From: Spirochaeta sp.
GTDB lineage: Bacteria > Spirochaetota > Spirochaetia > DSM-27196 > SLAA01
Length of the DNA stretch: 32,049 nt
Assembly: GCA_020201015.1 (NCBI GenBank)
Contig: JAIVHN010000029.1
Coordinates: 1 to 32,049, forward strand
Direction of reading: 5' to 3'
Shown: in pieces, positions 16,821-24,357 of the stretch
Layout: the number at the start of each line of letters is the position of its first letter
Numbering within the stretch: position 1 is the first letter of the stretch
Made by a program: the position numbers and the translations under genes
Notes under the pieces: model-generated
Databases searched by the model: none
Seen by the model: only the letters and a program-made list of their open reading frames with translations
Told to the model about the DNA's origin: nothing

Positions 16821-16841
16821 GCTACGAAGGAAACCATCACT

Positions 16842-17930
16842 ATGAATAACGCTATCGCATTGGAATTCATTTCGCATCCGTTATCGCAGGCACTACTGCT
16901 GCCGGTCGGCGCATTGGTTGGGGCGGTCGTACTTGGTTTGGTGCTTCGGAGTGTGCTCCTGCGCTTGCTTGGAGCCTCGGCTCGGGAGACCGAGAGCGCC
17001 CTGCAACAAGCATTGTGGCGTTACGGTCGCGGTCCCTTGACGCTGCTGTTCCCGCTTGTTCTTGTCCGTGTTCTTGCTGGAGTTGTTCCTATACCGCTTC
17101 CGGAAGAGGTGCTGGCGGTTCTACGGGAAGGGTTGAACATCGCAATGATCTTGGCATTTGGCTGGGTGGCAATTCGAGCAACCTCGGTGCTCAAGGTGGT
17201 GGTGCTTCAGCGCTATAGGCTTGATGTGCAGGACAATCTTGAAGCGCGCAAAGTTCACACGCAGATGGACATCATCATCAAGATTATTGTTTTTCTGATC
17301 AGTCTCGTTGTTGTTGCGATGGTTCTTATGAGCTTTGAAGGCTTTCGACAACTGGGTACGAGCCTGCTCGCCTCGGCCGGTCTGGCGGGTTTGGTGCTGG
17401 GGTTTGCGGCTCAGCGTAGCCTGGGTAACCTGCTTGCCGGGATTCAAATTGCTCTGAGTCAACCAATTCGCATTGACGATGTAGTGATTGTAGAGGGTGA
17501 GTGGGGTCGTATTGAGGAGATTACGTTGACCTATGTTGTGGTTGCCATTTGGGATAAGCGGCGCATGATTTTGCCCATTAGTTACTTCATTGAGCGGCCA
17601 TTTCAGAACTGGACGCGCAGCACTGCCGAGATCTTAGGAACCGTTTTCTTGTACGTAGACTATACCGTCTCGGTAAATGTAGTACGTGAGGAGTTGCATC
17701 GCATTCTTAGAGAAAGTCGCTACTGGGACGGAAAGGGGTGGGCGTTGCAAGTAACCGACTCTACCGACCGCGCGCTTGAACTACGGGCCCTCATGAGTGC
17801 TCCAAACTCGCCAGATGCCTGGGAGCTACGCTGTGAAGTTCGCGAGAAGTTGTTGGCGTTTATCCAACGTGAGTATCCTGAATCCCTACCACGTATTCGC
17901 GCTGAAGCCCAAATGAGCGATAAACGTTGA
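16842..17930 (+). CDS. mechanosensitive ion channel family protein (MscS-like)
   Basis: The ATG at 16842 (AAGGA upstream) gives MNNAIALEF. Several N-terminal TM helices are followed by the MscS core LGNLLAGIQIALSQPIRIDDVVIVEGEWGRIEEITLTYVVV..WDKRRMILPIS. Confidence 0.85.
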   Translation: MNNAIALEFISHPLSQALLLPVGALVGAVVLGLVLRSVLLRLLGASARETESALQQALWRYGRGPLTLLFPLVLVRVLAGVVPIPLPEEVLAVLREGLNIAMILAFGWVAIRATSVLKVVVLQRYRLDVQDNLEARKVHTQMDIIIKIIVFLISLVVVAMVLMSFEGFRQLGTSLLASAGLAGLVLGFAAQRSLGNLLAGIQIALSQPIRIDDVVIVEGEWGRIEEITLTYVVVAIWDKRRMILPISYFIERPFQNWTRSTAEILGTVFLYVDYTVSVNVVREELHRILRESRYWDGKGWALQVTDSTDRALELRALMSAPNSPDAWELRCEVREKLLAFIQREYPESLPRIRAEAQMSDKR

Positions 17931-17964
17931 TTATTCAGGCCAACCGGCGTAACATTATCACTGT

Positions 17965-19689
17965 ATGAAGCAACTACCAGAGACCATTCCGGCACTGATC
18001 GGAAACAGTATTGCGAGCTACGGCGACAAGCCGGTCTTCTCGTATGTAGATGGATCCCCTATCACCTTTGCAAAGCTTGGCAGGCTTATAAAGCAGGTAG
18101 GGATATTGCTGGCCGAGCATGGTGTATCACCGGGTGACCGGGTTGCCTTGCTGTCGGAGAACAGGCCGGAATGGCCAGTGGCGTATCTGGGCGTTGTAGG
18201 GTATGGCGCGGTGGTTACTCCTATCCTGCCGGACTTTCATGAGAACGAAGTAGCCAATATCCTTGAACACTCAGAAGCAAATCTTGTATTTGTTTCGCCA
18301 CGACTGCGGGCAAAGCTTGACGGTGCAGTGGCGCTGTTGGAAGAACGGAGCACCACACCGACATCGCTTGAAATTGAAAACCTATCCATAGAAAGCTCGG
18401 AACAAGAACCAAGCCCGGCCCCAAGCGCGCGCGAACCCGGTCCAGACGATCTGGCTGCTATCATTTATACATCCGGCACCACCGGCAGCTCAAAAGGCGT
18501 TATGCTGACCCATAGAAATATTGTTTCCAATGTGATTGCGGCCTCCCCGCTTGCCGATATTCGTCCCGGTGATTGCATGTTGTCGCTCTTGCCGTTGTCT
18601 CATTCCTACGAATGCACCTTGGGGTGCCTGACGCCAGCCGCTGCCGGGGCTGCGGTGTACTATCTAGACAAACCGCCCTCACCGACGGTGCTCATGCCAG
18701 CGTTGGCGCAGGTGCGACCGCAGCAAATGTTGACGGTGCCGCTTTTCATTGAGAAGATTTTCCGGAACAAGATACATCCACAGCTCACCGGGTCTGCGGT
18801 CAAACGCATGTTGTATGGGGTGGGACCGGTGCGCAAGCTGCTCCATAAAGTTGCATGCAAGAAGCTTATGAAGAGTTTTGGCGGACGGCTGCGCTTTTTT
18901 GGCATTGGTGGCGCTGCGCTTGCTCCAGACGTTGAACAATTCCTCCGCGACGGGGGTTTTCCCTATGCAATAGGGTATGGGCTAACTGAAACCGCACCAC
19001 TCATTGCTGGCTCCTCGCCTGCCGAAACTCATTATCGAGCCATAGGGCCAGCTATTGAGGGTACGGAAGTCCGTATTGCCGGAAAAGACTCCGAGAGTGG
19101 TGAGGGTGAGATTCAGGTCCGCGGGCCCAACGTTATGCGTGGGTACTTTAAAGACGAGAAACGCACCGCCGAGACATTTACCGAGGACGGTTGGTTGCGA
19201 ACGGGGGACTTAGGTTTCTTTGATAAAGAAAAACGGCTCTACATCCGCGGACGGATCAAGAACATGCTATTAGGGCCGAGCGGTGAGAATATCTACCCTG
19301 AGGAAATTGAGGCCGTCATTAACTCCAAGCCTCTGGTAGCGGAGTCGCTGGTGTATCAGGCCGGAGGCAAACTCATTGCGAAAGTGCATCTCAACTACGA
19401 GGCTATGCTGGCGTATGCAGTCGACCAGGCTGACGATCTGCGCGACAATGTGGAAGAGTTGCTGGAACTGACGCGTGAACTGATGCAAAACACCGCATCC
19501 GACCTAGAGGAGCGAAGATCCGAGGAAATGACCAGGCTTCATGAGATTGCATCCGGTTTTCTTGACGATCTTAAGCAGCGGGTGAATCAGGAACTCAACA
19601 CATTCTCACGCATTGCCGAGTTCGTTGAGCAGCCGGATCCGTTTGAGAAGACTCCGACAATGAAGATTAAACGCTATCTTTACGTCTAG
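17965..19689 (+). CDS. AMP-dependent long-chain acyl-CoA synthetase/ligase
   Basis: The AMP-binding signature IIYTSGTTGSSKGVMLTHRNI is present, with GYGLTETAP, TGDLG and a C-terminal KIKR motif. 574 aa. Confidence 0.85.
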   Translation: MKQLPETIPALIGNSIASYGDKPVFSYVDGSPITFAKLGRLIKQVGILLAEHGVSPGDRVALLSENRPEWPVAYLGVVGYGAVVTPILPDFHENEVANILEHSEANLVFVSPRLRAKLDGAVALLEERSTTPTSLEIENLSIESSEQEPSPAPSAREPGPDDLAAIIYTSGTTGSSKGVMLTHRNIVSNVIAASPLADIRPGDCMLSLLPLSHSYECTLGCLTPAAAGAAVYYLDKPPSPTVLMPALAQVRPQQMLTVPLFIEKIFRNKIHPQLTGSAVKRMLYGVGPVRKLLHKVACKKLMKSFGGRLRFFGIGGAALAPDVEQFLRDGGFPYAIGYGLTETAPLIAGSSPAETHYRAIGPAIEGTEVRIAGKDSESGEGEIQVRGPNVMRGYFKDEKRTAETFTEDGWLRTGDLGFFDKEKRLYIRGRIKNMLLGPSGENIYPEEIEAVINSKPLVAESLVYQAGGKLIAKVHLNYEAMLAYAVDQADDLRDNVEELLELTRELMQNTASDLEERRSEEMTRLHEIASGFLDDLKQRVNQELNTFSRIAEFVEQPDPFEKTPTMKIKRYLYV

Positions 19690-19704
19690 TTGCTGAGCGT
19701 TCGA

Positions 19705-20634
19705 ATGAGTGATCTGAGCAAGCTTCTCAGCAGGCGCATTGATAAGGCGTTGTTTGACTACAACATGATCCGTGAGGGTGATCGAGTCCTGCTTGGTCTT
19801 TCCGGCGGCAAGGACTCGCTAAGCCTGGCGTACCATCTGGCGCGAAAACAGAAGCACTTTACGGTTAAGTTTGAACTCACCGCAGCTCACGTCCGCACCG
19901 AGTTCTCCAATCCGGAGACCTTAGCTCAGATCTCGGAGCTGTGCCGGGCCTGGGAACTACCCTTGGTCGAGATCCCCATGGAGCTTGAGAAGCGCATTCA
20001 GCCGGGGCGTCAGATGAGCTGTTTCTGGTGTTCTAAGCAGCGGCGGGTTGAGCTTATGCGCTATGCAGGCGCGCATGGCTTCCAACGTATTGCCCTTGGT
20101 CATCACATGGACGATATTCTTGAGACCTTCTTCATGAACATGTCCCATAAGGGCGAGCTCTCCACTATGCTGCCGGTCCTCACCTTAGATAACTACGAAC
20201 AGACCATTATCCGGCCGCTTGCGTGGCTCAGCGAGGAGCACATACTGGCTTTTGCCGAAGAGATGGGCTTCACCGCATTCACCTGTCGTTGCGGATTTGA
20301 TACGACCTCAAAGCGCCGCAGCATGCGTTCCGCTCTTGAGTACTTGGTGGCGCAGGAAGGTTCCGGTGCCCGGGAGCGGCTCTTTGAGGCGCTGCATGCA
20401 CCTAAACTGCGTTACCTCATTCGCCGGAGTGAAGACTCAGAAGACGATGTGGGACGAGGCTTTGAGGCTCACCATGCGCCGGGTTTTAGCGAGGCGCCGG
20501 TGTATGGCAGTCGGAAGCCTGGTGGCGGTGAATCCGGCGACCGGAAGGCCAGTGGTGCTGAATCCGGCGACCGTGGATCTCGTGGCTTCAATTCCGGCGA
20601 GAGCCTTTCCGCAGGCGATAATCACGCAGATTAA
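19705..20634 (+). CDS. ttcA: TtcA-like PP-loop ATPase (tRNA thiolation family) with a low-complexity C-terminal extension
   Basis: PP-loop LLGLSGGKDSLSL is present, with Cys motifs CFWCSKQRR and CRCG and GHHMDD. The last ~70 residues are Gly/Ser/Asp/Glu/Arg-rich with a 30-bp periodic repeat (GESGDR, AESGDR, NSGES). The ATG at 19705 is preferred over the TTG at 19690. Confidence 0.75.
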   Translation: MSDLSKLLSRRIDKALFDYNMIREGDRVLLGLSGGKDSLSLAYHLARKQKHFTVKFELTAAHVRTEFSNPETLAQISELCRAWELPLVEIPMELEKRIQPGRQMSCFWCSKQRRVELMRYAGAHGFQRIALGHHMDDILETFFMNMSHKGELSTMLPVLTLDNYEQTIIRPLAWLSEEHILAFAEEMGFTAFTCRCGFDTTSKRRSMRSALEYLVAQEGSGARERLFEALHAPKLRYLIRRSEDSEDDVGRGFEAHHAPGFSEAPVYGSRKPGGGESGDRKASGAESGDRGSRGFNSGESLSAGDNHAD

Positions 20635-20980
20635 GGCTCACTGAAAGAATGAGCGACAGTCCAAACGTAACGCCGACCAGGATGTCGACCCAGCCAGCGG
20701 GCAGCGACAGGCCGAGGATTCGCTGAAAAAGGTATTGAATATAACTCCGAGGTAGTGACCGCTCGCCAAGGGCATGGAGTACCTGCCAGTGCCATTCGGT
20801 GAGGAAGCAGTATCCGAGCCCATAGCGCAGCCCCAGCCCGAACCAGGACACCGCCGTAAGCACGAGAGCAATGAGGTTGGCTTTTCTGAGTCGTGGGAAG
20901 AAAAACCCGGTTATGCTAAATAGCACAAACGCGGTGTGAAACACCACAAAGAATAGATCCGCAGCCCGCAGCACCCACAT
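20588..20980 (-). CDS. Small integral membrane protein, DUF2784-like
   Basis: The start is re-set to the ATG at 20980 (MWVLRAADLFFVVFH). There are three or four hydrophobic helices, and the central GYCFLTEWHWQV resembles the C-P-L-T motif of DUF2784 as I remember it. The 3' end overlaps the ttcA tail convergently by 47 nt. Confidence 0.55.
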   Translation of the reverse strand: MWVLRAADLFFVVFHTAFVLFSITGFFFPRLRKANLIALVLTAVSWFGLGLRYGLGYCFLTEWHWQVLHALGERSLPRSYIQYLFQRILGLSLPAGWVDILVGVTFGLSLILSVSLNLRDYRLRKGSRRN

Positions 20981-20995
20981 AAACAAGAGCCTACC

Positions 20996-21024
20996 TTGAC
21001 ACCCGCTCGACGCGCAAGTATCGT
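20996..21024 (+). promoter_or_regulatory. Candidate sigma70-type promoter for the antiporter operon
   Basis: TTGACA (20996-21001), a 17-nt spacer, then TATCGT (21019-21024), about 75 nt upstream of the ATG at 21100. This is a sequence match only. Confidence 0.3.
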
Positions 21025-21099
21025 CGCACGGAGCGTGCACTGCTACCTAGTGCTACGCTCCCGTTGTCTGTGTTAAGCTCTTCCCAAGGATACAATACA

Positions 21100-22224
21100 A
21101 TGAACTTTGAAGTCTTTACCGGCTTTCTGCGGGGAGTTACCTCGACGCATGCACTTGCGACCCTAGGAACTCTGCTCATAGGCGGATACTTGCTTGGTAA
21201 GTTGTCCGGACGAGTACGGCTGCCCGAAATCACCGGATTCATATTGACCGGCCTGCTTCTTGGCCCGGGTGGCTTTGATGTTCTGCCTCATCTGCTTGAA
21301 CCGGCTTTTCAGGTCTTGAGCCAGGCAGCCTTAGCACTCATTGCTTTTACAATCGGCGCTGAGTTTCATTGGCCCAAGCTCAAGCGAATTGGTGTGCAGG
21401 TGGCGGTTATTGGTCTCATTGAGGTTGCGGCTGCATTTGCCCTTGTTGCCGGAGTTATGCGGCTTTTAGGTCTGCCTTTGCCCTTTGCTCTCATTCTTGG
21501 TGCTATTGCCTCGGCTACAGCACCGGCTGCGACCGTGGCCATTGTGCAGTCGCTGCGAGCACGTGGACGCTATATCGACATTCTCTACGGTCTTGTTGCC
21601 TTAGACGACGCGGGTGCAGTCATGATATTTGCTGTATCTTTTGCCGTCGCCGGGAGTATGCTTGCTCCTGGCGCAGGACCAGGAGCGGGCGAGCTGGTGC
21701 TCCATGCAGGGCTTGAGATTGGGTTATCCTTGCTTGGCGGAGTATTCTTAGGAGCCATTATCTACTTGGTTGCTAACCGGCGGCCGGACTCCAACGAGGC
21801 ACTCATTTTTGCTTTAGGTGTCGTGCTGTTGCTTGCCGGTCTTGCTCAGGGCCTTGGCTACTCACTGATCCTTGGTAGCATGGCTGCGGGCGCGGCATAC
21901 GTGAATCTTGTTAAAGGCGACCAGCGGCTGTTTCGACGTATTGAGCCGATTACTCCTCCCTTGTATGCATTGTTTTTTGTTATTGCCGCTGGGGTGGCCT
22001 TGGGGCTTGTTCTGTTGGTGCGGACATCACCAATGGTCGGCGCGCTGCCGCCCGACCAACAAACGTATGTTGGGGCCTTGGTCAACGTGGTGCTGTTTTC
22101 GGTGCTCATAAGTGAATTGGTTGGGCCGCCCATCTCACGTCTAGCAATTATTCGCGGTAACGCAATGGAGGATACATGGAGCTCTTCGAAGTCATCGACC
22201 CGCGCTGCTGCTCGGTCACGCTAA
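21100..22224 (+). CDS. cation:proton antiporter (CPA / Na+-H+ exchanger family)
   Basis: The ATG at 21100 (AAGGA upstream) gives MNFEVFTGF. The protein is polytopic, with LPEITGFILTGLLLGPGG, GAEF, and ASATAPAATVAIVQSL..ALDDAGAV typical of this family. The C-terminal ELVGPP motif is present. The segment between FFVIAAG and ELVGP looks shorter than I expect for the family (unverified). Confidence 0.85.
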   Translation: MNFEVFTGFLRGVTSTHALATLGTLLIGGYLLGKLSGRVRLPEITGFILTGLLLGPGGFDVLPHLLEPAFQVLSQAALALIAFTIGAEFHWPKLKRIGVQVAVIGLIEVAAAFALVAGVMRLLGLPLPFALILGAIASATAPAATVAIVQSLRARGRYIDILYGLVALDDAGAVMIFAVSFAVAGSMLAPGAGPGAGELVLHAGLEIGLSLLGGVFLGAIIYLVANRRPDSNEALIFALGVVLLLAGLAQGLGYSLILGSMAAGAAYVNLVKGDQRLFRRIEPITPPLYALFFVIAAGVALGLVLLVRTSPMVGALPPDQQTYVGALVNVVLFSVLISELVGPPISRLAIIRGNAMEDTWSSSKSSTRAAARSR

Positions 22225-23012
22225 AGTCACGCGATAAAGCGGGTCTCTTGCGGGAACTGGCGCGGCTTGCGCTACAGAGCGCCCGTCTTGAAGATATTAC
22301 CGAGGACGAGCTGGTTACTCACCTATCTGCGCGTGAGGCCGACGGTTCTACCGCGTACGGAGACGGGGTAGCAATACCGCACGCCCGAATTGAAGGTTTG
22401 TCGGACTTTGTTGTAGTTATTGGTGTGTCACCGCGTGGCGTGAACTTTGACGCACTAGATGGCAAAAAGGTTCGAATTTTTGCGACAATCCTTGGGCCTG
22501 CCGAGCGTCCGCAAGAGTACCTTAAGCTTTTAGCCGCAATCTCGCGCCTTCTGGTAAACAGTCGCCTGCGTCGCGAGCTGCTGCGTGCACGCAGTCCCGA
22601 GTCTGTTCGTGAGGCTTGCGTACGGTGGAGCCGGGCGGGGGTTCCGACCAGGACGGGCAGTACAGCGCCCGAGGGGCAATCGCTGCTTACGCTTGTTTTG
22701 TATGAACAAGGTCTGCTGTATCCGTTGCTTGAGTTTTTTGTTGAGAGTGGGATTGAGGGTGCGACTATTCTTGATTCACACGGAATGAACGAGTACATCT
22801 CGCAGGTACCTTTGTATGCCGAGATGATACAGTTCATGAGTTCGCGCAAGAGTCGCAGCAAGACGATTTTGGCTTTAGTGCCGGAGTCACGGGTCGACGG
22901 CCTGTTGACCGGCATTGAAGAGATCACCGGCAATCTTGACCAGGTGGAGGGTGCCGTTGTGTACGTGCAGGATTTGCGACGCGTCCGCGGGACCATGAGA
23001 ATGCTGGAATAA
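22176..23012 (+). CDS. PTS EIIA type-2 (PtsN-like) domain fused to a PII-like (GlnB-fold) C-terminal domain
   Basis: GGAGGA lies 5 nt upstream, and the start overlaps the antiporter 3' end by 49 nt. The N-terminal half reads LKSRDKAGLLRELARLA...GDGVAIPHARIEG...VRIFATILGP (EIIA-2 pattern with a His). The C-terminal ~110 aa show a beta-alpha-beta-beta-alpha-beta pattern: LLTLVLYE, LLEFFVESGIEGATILDSHGM, a loop, TILALVPE, VDGLLTGIEEI, AVVYVQDL. Confidence 0.7.
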   Translation: MELFEVIDPRCCSVTLKSRDKAGLLRELARLALQSARLEDITEDELVTHLSAREADGSTAYGDGVAIPHARIEGLSDFVVVIGVSPRGVNFDALDGKKVRIFATILGPAERPQEYLKLLAAISRLLVNSRLRRELLRARSPESVREACVRWSRAGVPTRTGSTAPEGQSLLTLVLYEQGLLYPLLEFFVESGIEGATILDSHGMNEYISQVPLYAEMIQFMSSRKSRSKTILALVPESRVDGLLTGIEEITGNLDQVEGAVVYVQDLRRVRGTMRMLE

Positions 23013-23024
23013 GCGGAGTACTAC

Positions 23025-23864
23025 ATGCGGTATGAGTTCCACGATAGTTCGGCTCTTGAACTGGCCGAGTTGATACAAGGCGCGCTAGTGTCGGTTCAGC
23101 AGGATAGCGCTCACGTGTTGCAGTTCTATTCCCAGGAAACCAAGTCGGCGGTTGATGCCCGTACCACAAGTCTTTCCAAGCTGGAAAGTGTGCTGCATGC
23201 TTGCCTCTTAGGAATGATATTTGTAGGGCAGCACCTCACAGACCCGGAGTGGTGGGACCGGAGTATGGGAACTGCGCCCGACGACGAGCACCTTGAAGGT
23301 TACGTGAGCCGCTACACCGAGTTTACCAAGATTGGGCTTATTCAAGCTACCTTCTCCAGCATCGAGTCCAGCATTCGTTTGGTGTTGCGCAGCCTGTCAC
23401 CAGATACCTACAAACGTCTCAGGGTCGATTTTCGCCATATTTGCTACTATCTCATTGATGAGTTTATGCGCGACGAGCGGCAACACTATCGCGCCGTGAC
23501 CGACATTATGCGGCTTATTCGCAATACGGTGCATAACAACGGTGTGTTCTCGCCCAAGAGTGGACGGGATGTACGAATTTGGTACCGAGATCAAATTTAT
23601 GCCTTCGAAGCTGAAAAGGTGGTGAACTTTGCCGACTGGCAGCTCCTGTTGCAGATCATTGTGGATTTCAGCGAGTTTATTTCCAGGGTTATGACTCAGC
23701 CGGTTATCACTGAGCTTGAGCATATAGAGGATCCAATGATCTCGCAGCTTGTCAGCAATGGGCTGACCGAGGACTCGACCCCGGACGACTCCGCTGGCCA
23801 GACAACCGAGGACTCGACCCCGGACGACTCCGCTGGCGGTCCCTCCAACACCCCCACCTCCTGA
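23025..23864 (+). CDS. Hypothetical all-alpha protein with an R-x6-H / RNxxH motif and a duplicated acidic C-terminal tail
   Basis: 279-aa ORF starting 13 nt after the EIIA-PII stop. I recognised no family. MRLIRNTVHNNG resembles HEPN-type Rx4-6H motifs. The C-terminus has TEDSTPDDSAG twice. Confidence 0.6.
   Translation: MRYEFHDSSALELAELIQGALVSVQQDSAHVLQFYSQETKSAVDARTTSLSKLESVLHACLLGMIFVGQHLTDPEWWDRSMGTAPDDEHLEGYVSRYTEFTKIGLIQATFSSIESSIRLVLRSLSPDTYKRLRVDFRHICYYLIDEFMRDERQHYRAVTDIMRLIRNTVHNNGVFSPKSGRDVRIWYRDQIYAFEAEKVVNFADWQLLLQIIVDFSEFISRVMTQPVITELEHIEDPMISQLVSNGLTEDSTPDDSAGQTTEDSTPDDSAGGPSNTPTS
23766..23837 (+). repeat. Perfect 33-bp direct repeat, two copies with a 6-bp spacer, in the 3' end of the hypothetical gene
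   Basis: accgaggactcgaccccggacgactccgctggc occurs at 23766-23798 and again at 23805-23837. Confidence 0.95.
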
Positions 23865-23886
23865 CGCCGGGCCTGCTTAGCATGCG

Positions 23887-24357
23887 CTACCGCGTGTGGG
23901 AGCGAAATCTCACATCCAGTTCGGTGCGAGTAAACTGGACAATGTGGTACGGCTGGGTGAGCGCTTGGGTGACGATATCTCCCGGCGCGGGACTTTGCTC
24001 CTGGTAATAAATTGTTAGGTGCTCGTCCTCGTGCTGCATGGCGGTAACCTCAATTGAGTAACCGCCGGACGGTTTCTCTCCGGCAAAAACCGCTGCTATC
24101 TGCATAGTTTCAAACTCAATGTCTGGAGTTTCGGGCACTGGGGATCGCCCCGAGTGGATCTCGCGCCAGAGGCGATCCAGGGCCGCTTCCGACTCAACGG
24201 TCACTTCTCGCTGAGTCAGCACGCCCGAGTAAGAACCGCGAGCCACCGTCTCGTAGGCTGGCCGCCTCTGAGAGCTCTCGCCGTGAGCCGAGCCGGAGGC
24301 GCAGGAAAGAAGTAGCCCCGTAATAAGCACCATCGACAAAGCAAAGCTGTTCTTCAT
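23887..24357 (-). CDS. PrcB-like (PrcB_C domain) lipoprotein
   Basis: The signal peptide plus lipobox is MKNSFALSMVLITGLLLSC. The C-terminal part, FAGEKPSGGYSIEV...YYQEQSPAPGDIVTQALTQPYHIVQF, matches the pattern I recall for the PrcB C-terminal domain. The ATG overlaps the upstream gene's stop (24354-24357). Confidence 0.65.
   Translation of the reverse strand: MKNSFALSMVLITGLLLSCASGSAHGESSQRRPAYETVARGSYSGVLTQREVTVESEAALDRLWREIHSGRSPVPETPDIEFETMQIAAVFAGEKPSGGYSIEVTAMQHEDEHLTIYYQEQSPAPGDIVTQALTQPYHIVQFTRTELDVRFRSHTR

Noticed and set aside
21960-22110. Suspected in-frame internal deletion in the antiporter, between FFVIAAG and ELVGP
   Set aside because: This rests only on my memory of typical family spacing and cannot be verified without an alignment. 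It is mentioned in the feature evidence but not raised as a finding.
22319-22996. 225-aa minus-strand ORF antisense to the EIIA-PII gene
   Set aside because: It is a Ser/Arg/Pro/Thr-rich shadow ORF typical of the antisense of a GC-rich gene. It has no motif and no RBS, and the plus-strand gene has clear domain patterns.
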